From: a virus
Taxonomy: Duplodnaviria; Caudoviricetes
Strand: one strand, 5' to 3'
IMG/VR virus record: IMGVR_UViG_3300046747_000082
Location: 1-50,471 of that record
Length of the DNA stretch: 50,471 nt
Shown here: positions 1 through 9,683 of the stretch, one piece after another
Layout of the letters: each line of letters begins with the position of its first letter
Numbering within the stretch: position 1 is the first letter of the stretch
Position numbers and translations under genes: made by a program
Notes under the pieces: model-generated
The model's input: only the letters and a program-made list of their open reading frames with translations
Database searches by the model: none
Told to the model about the DNA's origin: nothing

Positions 1-11
1 CTTCTGCAGCT

Positions 12-137
12 GCCGGTAGGCCCAGCAGCTGCAGAAGCTAGTGCTGGCCGAAGGGCAGTGAGGGATGTAGTGCAGAAAGCAGCTCCGTATGTCAGTGGAG
101 CAGCAAAGGTTATCGGCTCAGTAGCGGATAAGCTTCT
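12..137 (+). repeat. Terminal assembly overlap, copy 1 (identical to 50346-50471)
   Basis: 126 bp GCCGGTAGGCCC...GATAAGCTTCT present at both window ends; one ORF reads through the junction. Confidence 0.95.
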
Positions 138-224
138 TTCAGTTGAAACTGGCGTAGCTGGTCGGATTGTCGAATTGGCAAACCCCGATACCGGCATAGA
201 TCCCAAATACAAGGAGCCAATCTA

Positions 225-419
225 ATGGCTATGATTCATCCGTCGCGTTCCTTTCCGGTAGACTCCATGGGAGCTCCGCTAGGCCGTGACTCGTATTACA
301 TGTCCCCGCAATCGGAGCATTATACGGACAAGCATCACCACGATTCGCGTTCAGTCGCAGTTCGTAGTGAGAAAGCTGCCGCTATGCCTGATGTCTGGGG
401 CCGTCGGCGAGCAGTTTAA
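225..419 (+). CDS. Small hypothetical protein (64 aa)
   Basis: ATG overlaps the upstream TAA (TAATG); part of the coupled small-ORF chain. Confidence 0.65.
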   Translation: MAMIHPSRSFPVDSMGAPLGRDSYYMSPQSEHYTDKHHHDSRSVAVRSEKAAAMPDVWGRRRAV

Positions 420-420
420 T

Positions 421-573
421 ATGGCATACTCGACGAAAGCTCTAATCCCTGATGGTGCATCCGCTGGTGCGATTCCCGTACCTCTGGCTGCTCCGAATCG
501 TCCGGTGAACGTTCTGCCGGGTGCTACTTCAGTTAACACCTATCAGCCGTTCGGCGATAAGAGGACTAACTAA
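421..573 (+). CDS. Small hypothetical protein (50 aa, MAYSTK...)
   Basis: Internal ATG of listed ORF 286..573, 1 nt after the previous stop. Confidence 0.6.
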   Translation: MAYSTKALIPDGASAGAIPVPLAAPNRPVNVLPGATSVNTYQPFGDKRTN

Positions 574-574
574 A

Positions 575-661
575 ATGGCAATGGCAAGCGAATCGCAAAC
601 TTGGCACGCAAATGCTAAGAATCTGTTTCGCCCGATCTCTCAAGTTCGGACGAACCGATAA
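575..661 (+). CDS. Micro-ORF (28 aa, MAMASESQTWHANAKNLFRPISQVRTNR)
   Basis: Fills the gap exactly; its TAA overlaps the ATG of 661 (TAATG). Confidence 0.5.
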   Translation: MAMASESQTWHANAKNLFRPISQVRTNR

Positions 662-1041
662 TGGCCGCTTCGACAGCTCCACTGATTCAAGAAGCTGTCA
701 ATCAGGCTATGATTGGTGTCGAAGGTAAGATCCCTGCGAAGGGTTCCCCCGCTGGCACTGAGATTACTGATGCTAGGATGGAAGATTATAAATTCCGTCA
801 TATTATTGACGTCCACAATGATAATGTCCGTAAGGGCACTACATGGACGCATGGAGCTACGGGCGGAGAAACCTCAGTCCTAGCATCCTCAGTCGATGAT
901 CAGATGATTCCCGGTTACGTAAAAGGTAAACTGGTAGATATAAACAATCCTAAGAATCGTCAAGACTTTCCGCATTTTGGTACTTGGCAAGAAGCTGAGA
1001 AACAATATGCTGACTTCCACAAACGTAGGTTCGGGAACTAA
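661..1041 (+). CDS. Hypothetical protein (126 aa)
   Basis: TAATG-coupled ORF in the late arm. Confidence 0.7.
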   Translation: MAASTAPLIQEAVNQAMIGVEGKIPAKGSPAGTEITDARMEDYKFRHIIDVHNDNVRKGTTWTHGATGGETSVLASSVDDQMIPGYVKGKLVDINNPKNRQDFPHFGTWQEAEKQYADFHKRRFGN

Positions 1042-1043
1042 GA

Positions 1044-1976
1044 ATGGCTGATAAACCTAAGAAGCCGTCTAGCATGGCGTATAAGCCGGGGGAAGCTCCG
1101 GAAATTGGTGCGCCTCCGATTCGTCGTGGAACTGGTGAGGCTATCAACTCCCCAATTAATCGAATTAAAGTTCCGCACCTTTACAGTAATGGAAATAAAT
1201 CTTTTGGCGAAGATCAGTCAATGCAACGTATTGACTATAACAACCTAACGGTTACACAACGCACTCACTTCGATGAAGGTACGTTAGCTTACCGGAAAGA
1301 TCTGATTGATACTCTGCATGATAAAGACCTACAAGATCGTTATCGCGCAACAGAAAATAAAACTAATAATCGAGCTCAGTCTCGACTTTGGGAATACGCT
1401 ACGGATAAACGTCGCCTCGGGGATATGGCTGCAGAAGAGTATGCAACTACCGGTAAAACGGGTGGCCCACTCTCTACCCTCGCGGCTAGCTCTATCCAAC
1501 GCCTTAAGGCGCGAGAGAGCAAACTATATAACTTCTTGAACCCGATGGAAAAACTAGAAGCTAGAGCTTCTATCAGTGAACGGAATATTATCAAATCCCT
1601 TGAAGATGACAAGAAGGTTATCGCTCCTGATAAAGCGGCTTCTATGGAAGAGCGTAGTAATCGACTAAGTAGACTTGAGGGTAAAGCTTCTGATTATCTC
1701 GGCGATCGTATGGATCGTAGTACAGGCTTACCTTCGACTCAACAAGCTAAAGATTATGTTGAAAAGGTAGCTAACAGTTTCCGACGCAGCGTAGCTCGTG
1801 TTGGTAATGTTGCAGGAAAACTTGGAAAAGGGCTAGGTATAGTAGGTGAGATCAGCATGGCAGCCGATGCTGCTAACGCTCTAGTGCCGATTCGTGAGAA
1901 GCCGGCAGAAATGAAATCTCTCGATGCTCTACAGGCAGCAGCAATCGATGAAAACAATCAGCCCAGGACATATTAA
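1044..1976 (+). CDS. Hypothetical protein (310 aa), possibly virion-associated
   Basis: Long ORF with a C-terminal amphipathic Gly/Ala-rich segment; stop overlaps the next ATG. Confidence 0.75.
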   Translation: MADKPKKPSSMAYKPGEAPEIGAPPIRRGTGEAINSPINRIKVPHLYSNGNKSFGEDQSMQRIDYNNLTVTQRTHFDEGTLAYRKDLIDTLHDKDLQDRYRATENKTNNRAQSRLWEYATDKRRLGDMAAEEYATTGKTGGPLSTLAASSIQRLKARESKLYNFLNPMEKLEARASISERNIIKSLEDDKKVIAPDKAASMEERSNRLSRLEGKASDYLGDRMDRSTGLPSTQQAKDYVEKVANSFRRSVARVGNVAGKLGKGLGIVGEISMAADAANALVPIREKPAEMKSLDALQAAAIDENNQPRTY

Positions 1977-2689
1977 TGGCAGTTCTAACTAAAGTACGCG
2001 TACCAGTATCTGATATTGCGCGGATCTCAAATGGCACTAGCAATGTTGACATTGCGAGCTCGGGATCAAACATCACTACTAACGTCTCTGGTAACTTAGT
2101 ACAGACCGCTCTGACTACTGGTATTACTATACCTGTGGGTAAGACGCTGACAGCTCCTGTGATCGCTGGTGAGCTCGTAGGGGTATCTACTGCCGCTGGT
2201 GCAACTGGTAAACTCCAGTCTAGCGCTACGAAGGTACAGGTAGGAACTACATCTGCCCACGCCACGGAGATTCTAGGTAATAGTATCGCCGGATTGTCGG
2301 TAGGCACGGACGGGAAGGTCACTCTAGGTGTACAAGGTACAGCTGGTGCTCATCTCGTCAACAAAACCTATGTAGACTCTGTAGCTGCATTGTCGTCTAT
2401 CCTTGGTACGTTCAGTACAACCGGTCAGATTAGCATCCCAACTACAACCAATACGTTGATTGTGAAATGGGGTCAGACAAACGGTCTTGGTCAGCTGACT
2501 CAGGTCACCTTTGGTGCAGCATTCCCGAATGCGATCTTCATAGCACTAGCATCCCCAGTTATGAACACCGCAGCGAGCTCGGACGGCCAACATGGCGTGT
2601 TCAACTTGCTGACGACTGGATTCCAGATCAACCAAGCTAACAAAGGCGCAGCGGTTAACCCGTGGTGCTGGATAGCAATTGGTTACTAA
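1976..2689 (+). CDS. Short tail fibre protein with gp53-like C-terminal tip domain
   Basis: Thr/Gly/Ser-rich; NKTYVD motif; C-terminal LIVKWG...VTFGAAFPNA...WIAIGY typical of phage fibre tips. Confidence 0.75.
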   Translation: MAVLTKVRVPVSDIARISNGTSNVDIASSGSNITTNVSGNLVQTALTTGITIPVGKTLTAPVIAGELVGVSTAAGATGKLQSSATKVQVGTTSAHATEILGNSIAGLSVGTDGKVTLGVQGTAGAHLVNKTYVDSVAALSSILGTFSTTGQISIPTTTNTLIVKWGQTNGLGQLTQVTFGAAFPNAIFIALASPVMNTAASSDGQHGVFNLLTTGFQINQANKGAAVNPWCWIAIGY

Positions 2690-3248
2690 GTTTAATTCGG
2701 AGTACCATCGCGATTTCGTAGGGTTTAGCGACCCAGATCGAGATCGGACCACCCTGAAGGATGCGAATGGTCGGTATCGCATGAATATCTTCCGAGAACT
2801 TGGACGAGATGTTGCGCCTCCGATGTATACGATGTACGAACTGCCGAAAGATGATCTTCCTTCAGCTTATCAGATTTATATGCAAAGCGAATCTGAGTAT
2901 GAAGCTGCGATGAAGCTGGTTGGGTCGTGGACTCACTGGCAGCGGCTGTGTAAGTCGAATAAGTTCATGAATGGTTCTGAAATGGAATCGTGGACTGGAT
3001 TGGCTTCTTGGCGGGAAGAGAAAGAGATTAAAGATAAGGCGTACGCTTACATGCTGCTGAAAGTATCTGCTGCTGATGGTAATGTCCAAGCGCAGAAGGC
3101 AGTATTGGAAGGCGAGAAGAAGGCGGGTCAACGAGGTCGTCCCTCGAAGGCTCAGATCGAGCAAGCTGCTAAAGAAGCAGCTAAAGTTACTAATGATATC
3201 AAATCTGACTTCAGTCGGATAAGACTGGCGGCACAAAAGAGTGGCTAA
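2679..3248 (+). CDS. Putative terminase small subunit
   Basis: Immediately upstream of and overlapping TerL; helical; RGRPSK motif; start may be ATG 2781. Confidence 0.55.
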   Translation: MVTKFNSEYHRDFVGFSDPDRDRTTLKDANGRYRMNIFRELGRDVAPPMYTMYELPKDDLPSAYQIYMQSESEYEAAMKLVGSWTHWQRLCKSNKFMNGSEMESWTGLASWREEKEIKDKAYAYMLLKVSAADGNVQAQKAVLEGEKKAGQRGRPSKAQIEQAAKEAAKVTNDIKSDFSRIRLAAQKSG

Positions 3249-4806
3249 GAAAGAAGACGTAATTGACGAGTGCAGGTATAACCTGTTCGGCTTTGCACGC
3301 CTTCTCAACCCTCACTATCAGTACGGAGCAGTACATGAAGAAGTATTCGCATGGCTTTCGTCTCCTAATGCTAACCCGCGTCAGCTCTTACTTCTCCCTC
3401 GGGGGCATCTTAAGTCTCATTGTATTGCTGTGTACGCTGTATGGCGTATTACATATCAGCCTTGGATCTCAATAGTATATCTATCAGCTGGCGAAGACTT
3501 GGCGAAAGACCAGATCTACGCTATTAAAAATATGATGACCTCGGAAACGTACCGACGGTACTGGCCCGAGATGCTGAGTGGAGAAGAGAAAAGCCGTGAA
3601 CAATGGTCAGCCTACTCGTTCAATGTGGACCACCCTGAGAGAAAGCGGCGGTCTATTCGGGATCATACGCTCATCGTTAAAACCGTTAAGGCGAATGCGA
3701 TCGGACTTCACTGCGATCTGCTCATCCCTGATGACGTGGTTATTCCTCAGTTTGCTGATACTGCTGTGGGTAGGGCTGAAGTTAACAGGTCTCTTGCTCA
3801 GTTCGGCTCGATCCTTAATCCGAACGGTGAGATCAAGGCTGTAGGGACACGGTACAATCCGGAAGATGCATACCAAGGTATGATCGACGCGGAGTATCCT
3901 CTGTGGAACGAAGAGCATCATAAATTTATAGGGAAACGAAAACTCTGGGATATATTCCAGAGAGAAGCGGAAGATGAAGGAAACGGAACTGGAAGATTTA
4001 TTTGGCCTAGAGTCGTTGATGCAGGAACCGGAGACTCATACGGATTCGATCAACAAACGCTTGCAATCATTAAAGCGGAGTATGAGTCAAAAGGACAACT
4101 CGTACAGTTCTACTGCCAGTACTACAATGACCCCAACGCGATCGATACTCAAAGAATCACAAGAGGATCTTTCCAGTATTATGATCGAGGACTTGCTTTC
4201 GTTAGACCGGGCTCTGTTAGTATCGGCTCGACAAAGCTCTCAGTCTTCGCAGCTATGGACGTGGCTTGGTCGGATTCGGCGTCTGCTGACTACACAGCAA
4301 TCTCAGTCATCGGAGTAGACAGTGAGTGGAACATTTTCGTACTGGATCTGGTCCAGTTCAAAACGGCTAACTTTGCGGAATATTATAATTCCGTCATTGA
4401 GCTCCACTACAAATGGGGATTCAAAAAGATCAGGGTTGAAACGAATGCGGGCGGTCAATTCGTTGCACAAGAGCTCGAACGGCTTATACGGCAGAATGGC
4501 GACATACTCGTCGTCGAAGGTAAGTCAACCCAAAAGAGCCAAGGTAATAAGTTTGAGCGGAAAGCCGCTACTCTTGAGTGGCGTTATTCAGCCAAAAAGA
4601 TCTGGCATTTTCAGGGCGGCCTAATCAGAGAATTGGAAGACCAAGTAATCTTGGACAGACCACGGCACGACGACTTGGTTGACGCTTTTGTAAGCGCTAT
4701 CGATGTCGCGAAGCCACCGGGTAAGCGTACCCGAGAAACATTCCATATGGATACAAACGTAGTTTACGACCGTCGATTCGGCGGACGACGAGGAAGAGCA
4801 GCATGA
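3241..4806 (+). CDS. terL: Terminase large subunit
   Basis: PRGHLKS Walker A-like, LIPDD Walker B, GTRY motif, RNase H-like nuclease with DVAW and HDDLVDA. Confidence 0.93.
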   Translation: MAKKEDVIDECRYNLFGFARLLNPHYQYGAVHEEVFAWLSSPNANPRQLLLLPRGHLKSHCIAVYAVWRITYQPWISIVYLSAGEDLAKDQIYAIKNMMTSETYRRYWPEMLSGEEKSREQWSAYSFNVDHPERKRRSIRDHTLIVKTVKANAIGLHCDLLIPDDVVIPQFADTAVGRAEVNRSLAQFGSILNPNGEIKAVGTRYNPEDAYQGMIDAEYPLWNEEHHKFIGKRKLWDIFQREAEDEGNGTGRFIWPRVVDAGTGDSYGFDQQTLAIIKAEYESKGQLVQFYCQYYNDPNAIDTQRITRGSFQYYDRGLAFVRPGSVSIGSTKLSVFAAMDVAWSDSASADYTAISVIGVDSEWNIFVLDLVQFKTANFAEYYNSVIELHYKWGFKKIRVETNAGGQFVAQELERLIRQNGDILVVEGKSTQKSQGNKFERKAATLEWRYSAKKIWHFQGGLIRELEDQVILDRPRHDDLVDAFVSAIDVAKPPGKRTRETFHMDTNVVYDRRFGGRRGRAA

Positions 4807-6677
4807 GCATTGGTTCAGGCGTTGGTGATGGCATTGATTTTGCCGTTATATTTGAACGCCGACAAGACCTTCTAGCGTCGCATATCAGCGCGCTGTGGAC
4901 GCAATGGCAGTCCAACAAGACAGCAGCGATGGCGCGGTGGGATGAAGTCCTACGGTACGTATTCGCTACGTCTACGAAAGATACGACGAACGAAACGACT
5001 ACGGACTGGAGTAACACTACTCACAGGCCGAAACTGGGTAACATTTATGATACCCTGACGATCAACTATGACTTCGCAAACTTCCCTAACCGGGAATGGC
5101 TACGATGGCAAGGTGGCGACCAAGAGTCAGCCACGCAAGAGAAAGCGAAGATAGTTGAATCGTATATGCATACGAAGCACAACACGAGAGCATCAGGATT
5201 CCGAGATGTGGCACGTCTTCTACAGTCTGACTGGACTATCTTTGGCAACTGCTTTGCAGCTGTCGATTACGTACGCGAGTATGTTACTAATCCGGTTGAC
5301 GGTACTATTACTACCGCTTATATAGGTCCACGCATCAATCGTATTGATCCGCGTGACATCTGTATGAACCCGGCAGCTACGTCATTCCGTTCTACTCCGA
5401 AGATTATTCGCAGTATGTTTACGATTGCAGACCTGCATCGTATCATTGAAGAACGGCCAGATCAGCAGCACTTCCGCGAGATCCTCGCTGTAGCGCTGAA
5501 GAATCGTGGTGGAGCTCGTCGCTTCGATAGCGCTGATATCAACAAGGATATGTCTCTCAGCTTCGACGGATTCTCAACGACCTATCAATACCTCAACTCG
5601 GGATTGGTAGAGGTTCTAGAGTTCATGGGAGATCTGTACGATTGGAATACCAACTCGTACAAGAAGAACCATGTCATCACTACCGTTGACCGCTGGGTTG
5701 TAGTACGTGACGAAGAGATCAAAACTTGGTCTGGTCGTCCTAACGTATTCCATTGCGGTTGGCGTGACCGTGTAGGTAACCTCTGGGCACAAGGCCCGCT
5801 AGATAACCTCGTCGGTCTTCAGTACAGGATGAACCATCTTGAAAACGCTCGCGCAGATGCATTTGACCAAATGCTTGATCCGGATATGGTTTTCCAAGGC
5901 GATCCAGAAGAGATTGTCCAGATCGGTGGCGCCAAGCACTACTACATGCCAGAGGGTGGCAACGTCACTCCTCTTCGTCCTGACACTACAGTTCTCTCTG
6001 CTGATTTGCAGATTAAGGAACTTGAGTCGATCATGGAGATGTACGCCTTGGCTCCGCGTGAGGCTTTGGGGATTAGATCACCAGGCGAGAAAACTGCATT
6101 CGAAGTACAAGAGCTCACTAATGCAGCTGGCCGAGCTTTCCAACACAAGGTAGACAAGTTCCAAGAATTCTTGGAAGATGTTGTTAACGCTGAGCTGGAA
6201 GTATCGGTAGATAACTTGGATCAGACTGACGTGATCGAAGTCGTTGATGACGACCTTGGCGCTGTTCAGTTCATGACGATTACCAAGGCTGACATTATGT
6301 CAACTGGTAAGCTGATCCCAATTGGTGCTCGACACTTTGCTCGCAATAACCAGATTGCTCAATCTCTGTCGCAGCTTCAGCAAGGTCCGCTACAAGATCC
6401 GGAAGTGGCTCAACACTTCAGCTCGGTAGCTCTGGCCACGATGTATCAAGACTTGCTTGACACGGGTGATGACAAGATCCCGCTCGTTAAGCCTTATGTT
6501 CGTATTGAAGAACGCCTGCAAAGTCAGCGTAAGGCTCAGGTCGCAGAAGACCAAGCAGCGCTCGAATCGCAGATCTCAGGAGGAGTTCCACTTGGAACAG
6601 GAAACAATAGTCCCCAGCAACAGCAAGCACCGGCTCAGCCCGGCGCTGTCCAAAGGACTCTCGGAGGCGGACGCTGA
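4803..6677 (+). CDS. Portal protein
   Basis: 624 aa directly after TerL; GEKTAFEV motif of podovirus portals; Gln-rich tail. Confidence 0.88.
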   Translation: MSIGSGVGDGIDFAVIFERRQDLLASHISALWTQWQSNKTAAMARWDEVLRYVFATSTKDTTNETTTDWSNTTHRPKLGNIYDTLTINYDFANFPNREWLRWQGGDQESATQEKAKIVESYMHTKHNTRASGFRDVARLLQSDWTIFGNCFAAVDYVREYVTNPVDGTITTAYIGPRINRIDPRDICMNPAATSFRSTPKIIRSMFTIADLHRIIEERPDQQHFREILAVALKNRGGARRFDSADINKDMSLSFDGFSTTYQYLNSGLVEVLEFMGDLYDWNTNSYKKNHVITTVDRWVVVRDEEIKTWSGRPNVFHCGWRDRVGNLWAQGPLDNLVGLQYRMNHLENARADAFDQMLDPDMVFQGDPEEIVQIGGAKHYYMPEGGNVTPLRPDTTVLSADLQIKELESIMEMYALAPREALGIRSPGEKTAFEVQELTNAAGRAFQHKVDKFQEFLEDVVNAELEVSVDNLDQTDVIEVVDDDLGAVQFMTITKADIMSTGKLIPIGARHFARNNQIAQSLSQLQQGPLQDPEVAQHFSSVALATMYQDLLDTGDDKIPLVKPYVRIEERLQSQRKAQVAEDQAALESQISGGVPLGTGNNSPQQQQAPAQPGAVQRTLGGGR

Positions 6678-6873
6678 CGCGTTGACGGCTTCGTTTGGAC
6701 GAGCCCGTAAGGTGCTCAAGAGTCTGAATAGTTACTTCTCGAAAGAGTCGATAACAGGACTCAGGGAGATGGATTCTCCCAAATCGTTTGAAGGCCCGGA
6801 CTGGGCCTCCCGGCACGCATGGTATGCCGGTTATAGATACGCCATGCGACGAGGAGTAGAGTTAACAAAATGA
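6457..6873 (+). CDS. Small head-module hypothetical protein (true start probably downstream)
   Basis: Fills the portal-scaffold gap; helical C-terminus DWASRHAWYAGY; stop overlaps scaffold ATG. Confidence 0.55.
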   Translation: MTRVMTRSRSLSLMFVLKNACKVSVRLRSQKTKQRSNRRSQEEFHLEQETIVPSNSKHRLSPALSKGLSEADADALTASFGRARKVLKSLNSYFSKESITGLREMDSPKSFEGPDWASRHAWYAGYRYAMRRGVELTK

Positions 6874-7571
6874 CCAATGAATTTGGCAAGGGTGGCGACA
6901 CCACCTCAATGGAAACCCACCAGGACGACAAACCGGGTCTGGGAATTGATATGACGGCTGATGAAGTGGCCGCACTGAAAAAGCGTGACGAGAATGCACA
7001 ACCGCATATCTCGCGCTTAGAGACAGAGAATAAGCAGCTCAGAGATGAGCTAGCCAAAGCTGCTGCTAAACTCGATAGTGCCACCGTTCTCGATGACGTC
7101 ATGGCTAGACTTGACAACAAGGATGGCCAAGGGGTAACCCCCGATCAAGTAGCTGATCTCGTAGAGAAACGAATTCAGCAAAAAACACAAACGAACCGAG
7201 AAGAAGCGAACTGGAATACAGTCGTAACTAAATTGGTAGCTCAACACGGTAGCTTTGAAAAAGCAGACGCAGCGATCATACAGAAAGCGCGTGAGCTTCA
7301 AATGAGTGTCAGTGAGGCAACCAGATTGGCGAAACAAGCTCCAGCAGCTTTCGAACGTCTTTTTGTGAATACAGCTCAGTCGATTCCGTCTCAACAGACG
7401 ACGACTTCAGCTACACAACAATCCGCACAGTCAGTGGCTCCAGCAGGAGCAGTTGACGATCTTGAAACGAAGCGTAAGTATTACAATGACCTTCGGCGTA
7501 AAAACCCGAACAAGTATTGGAACGTACAGACGCAGATGCAATATCGTCGAGACATGGGCTTTGCAGATTAA
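6870..7571 (+). CDS. Capsid scaffolding protein
   Basis: Coiled-coil (HISRLETENKQLR), located just before the major capsid gene. Confidence 0.75.
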   Translation: MTNEFGKGGDTTSMETHQDDKPGLGIDMTADEVAALKKRDENAQPHISRLETENKQLRDELAKAAAKLDSATVLDDVMARLDNKDGQGVTPDQVADLVEKRIQQKTQTNREEANWNTVVTKLVAQHGSFEKADAAIIQKARELQMSVSEATRLAKQAPAAFERLFVNTAQSIPSQQTTTSATQQSAQSVAPAGAVDDLETKRKYYNDLRRKNPNKYWNVQTQMQYRRDMGFAD

Positions 7572-7599
7572 TATCAACTTTAATATGTGGAAAATTTAA

Positions 7600-8580
7600 A
7601 TGTCTGCTATGGACAGTGTTTGGGGTAATACTCACCTCAAGCGAGCGGAAACGTTTAATGCACAGTTGAAGGAAATGTTCCAAGACCAGCTTTTTGCACA
7701 AGCTTGGGTACGGATGATTAACGATTTCGGTGATGGTGATAACTACAAAATTAGCACCCTCGGCGAATTGGCGATTGACCAAATGTCGGAAGCTGTATCG
7801 CTCCCAGAGCGTCGGCCTGACACTGGTCAGTTCGTATTCAACATCAACGAATTCGTTGGTGTCAAGGTTCCTTATACGGACCGTTTCCTTGAAGACGACT
7901 TCCTTGCACCGGCAGCTATTGCAGCTTTGCCGCGTAAGATGAAGCGTGCATTTGACGAATATTACGAAACGCAAGTTCTGAAACTGCAGCGCGTACAAAC
8001 GAACAACTCCTCGAACACGATTAACGGTGGCCGTCACCGTATCACTGCTTCGGGTACGACTCGTACGTTCGCTCTGAAAGACATCGCGTACGCGCGTTAC
8101 GTACTTCAGAAGGCGAAAGCACCGTTGACCAATCTGGTCGCGATTGTTGATCCGTCCTTCGAATTCAATACCAACATTACCTCGACCATCACCGACATTA
8201 GCAATAATGCCCGTTGGGAAGGTATCATCGAAACTGGTATGGGTCTCCCGGACGGCGTTCGCTGGCTGCGGAACATCTATGGTTTCGACTTCTATGTTAG
8301 TGATTACCTCGATAGCGAAACCGCTGTTGAAGGCTCTCTGACGACCTACAACGGTACTAACGTTGCAACGGTTGTTGGTGACAAAGCTAACATCTTCATG
8401 ACCCTGGCTGATGACGAATGCAAGCCGTTTATTGGTGCCTGGCGCCGTACCCCGAAAATCGTTTCGTGGCGCGACGAAGACATTGAAACGGAATACCATC
8501 AATTGTCGGCTCGTTTTGGTCTCAACCTTTATCGTCCGGAAAGCTTGGTAACAATCTTTACGTCGACGACCCTTAACTAA
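7600..8580 (+). CDS. Major capsid protein
   Basis: 326 aa after scaffold; C-terminal ARFGLNLYRPESLV typical of HK97-fold podovirus capsids. Confidence 0.9.
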   Translation: MSAMDSVWGNTHLKRAETFNAQLKEMFQDQLFAQAWVRMINDFGDGDNYKISTLGELAIDQMSEAVSLPERRPDTGQFVFNINEFVGVKVPYTDRFLEDDFLAPAAIAALPRKMKRAFDEYYETQVLKLQRVQTNNSSNTINGGRHRITASGTTRTFALKDIAYARYVLQKAKAPLTNLVAIVDPSFEFNTNITSTITDISNNARWEGIIETGMGLPDGVRWLRNIYGFDFYVSDYLDSETAVEGSLTTYNGTNVATVVGDKANIFMTLADDECKPFIGAWRRTPKIVSWRDEDIETEYHQLSARFGLNLYRPESLVTIFTSTTLN

Positions 8581-8598
8581 GACTAGGAGCATTATAGA

Positions 8599-9126
8599 AT
8601 GGCACGTGGTAACACTGCAACTCTCGATGGCGTCGTAGTTGGTTATGGCGTTCGAGACTCGTTTAACACAGAGATGGGCGACGTTCACACGAAAGGCCGT
8701 CTCAAGCAAGTCCAGACCGTAGTTAACTTTGCGACTATCGCATCGCTGGCGACCGGTACGGCAGTAACGTCGAAGAACTTCCCGATCCCCACGGGCTCGG
8801 TAGTTCGCTCGGCGAACTTCGTTATTAAAGTCGGCTTCAACCTGCTCACCTCGATCGTCATCGGCCTGAAAATTGCCGCTGGTACGACCGTTGTTGCTAA
8901 CGGTTTGCTGGCTGCTACCGTCCTTGCCGCTAACCTCGACACGGCCGGTGCTACCAACGAAGGCGCTGGTACTATCATCAACGGTACGGCTTTGACCGCA
9001 CCGTCGTATGTCTCCTTGGACGTAACTGGTACGACTCCGACCACTGGTCAGGGCGTACTGTATGTCGTCTACGAAGAACCGTACAAAGACCAAACACCGC
9101 CTGCGGTTTTGGTTGGCGTTCAGTAA
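8599..9126 (+). CDS. Putative capsid decoration/structural protein
   Basis: Beta-rich Thr/Ala/Val/Gly protein after MCP, AGGAG SD, before the terminator hairpin. Confidence 0.65.
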   Translation: MARGNTATLDGVVVGYGVRDSFNTEMGDVHTKGRLKQVQTVVNFATIASLATGTAVTSKNFPIPTGSVVRSANFVIKVGFNLLTSIVIGLKIAAGTTVVANGLLAATVLAANLDTAGATNEGAGTIINGTALTAPSYVSLDVTGTTPTTGQGVLYVVYEEPYKDQTPPAVLVGVQ

Positions 9127-9137
9127 TATTTGGCACG

Positions 9138-9169
9138 TTCAGGGGGGCTTCGGCCTCCCTGAATCCTTT
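9138..9169 (+). terminator. UUCG hairpin after capsid genes (leaky terminator/attenuator)
   Basis: TTCAGGGGGGC-TTCG-GCCTCCCTGAA followed by a weak TCCTTT tract. Confidence 0.65.
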
Positions 9170-9178
9170 GGATAAACA

Positions 9179-9682
9179 ATGGCAAACATTCAACACTCAA
9201 CACTTGCTCACGGCCAAGTACATGAACCGAGATGGATCGGGATCAATGGTACTGGAGCTTCGGGTAAAGTAATTACTAATTCCAGCTCAACCGCTGGTAT
9301 AAGCGAGTATCGAAAGCTGACGTTCTTGGACATTGACAACAAGGATCTATTCTTTGATGTCTATGAAATCAACGCTACAGCAGCGCATACTTTTTATTGG
9401 CCATGCGCGTTCAATGGCACGATCCTTAGCTGGGTTGTAGTCATCGAAAAGCCATTGGTAACCGCCGGTAATACCTACGAGCTTCGCATCAACGGTGTGC
9501 AGGTAACAGGAACTCCTGTTGTCTTCCCAGTTGGTGGTGCGGCCGGGGATCAAAGAACAGCAAATGCTTCGGCAGCTAACACTTTCATCCAAGGCAACAA
9601 CATTCAAATCGTAGGGACTGCTGTAGGGAACACTGACGCAACCGTCAATGTTCGCTCAGTAATCATCGTTAGGAAGAACTAA
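9179..9682 (+). CDS. Virion structural protein (beta-sandwich C-terminus)
   Basis: N-terminal HEPR motif; C-terminal domain resembles that of 45764..46678. Confidence 0.65.
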   Translation: MANIQHSTLAHGQVHEPRWIGINGTGASGKVITNSSSTAGISEYRKLTFLDIDNKDLFFDVYEINATAAHTFYWPCAFNGTILSWVVVIEKPLVTAGNTYELRINGVQVTGTPVVFPVGGAAGDQRTANASAANTFIQGNNIQIVGTAVGNTDATVNVRSVIIVRKN

Positions 9683-9683
9683 A

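Noticed and set aside
7411-9093. 560-aa antisense ORF opposite the capsid genes
   Set aside because: Shadow frame expected from strong codon bias in highly expressed genes; no protein-like motifs
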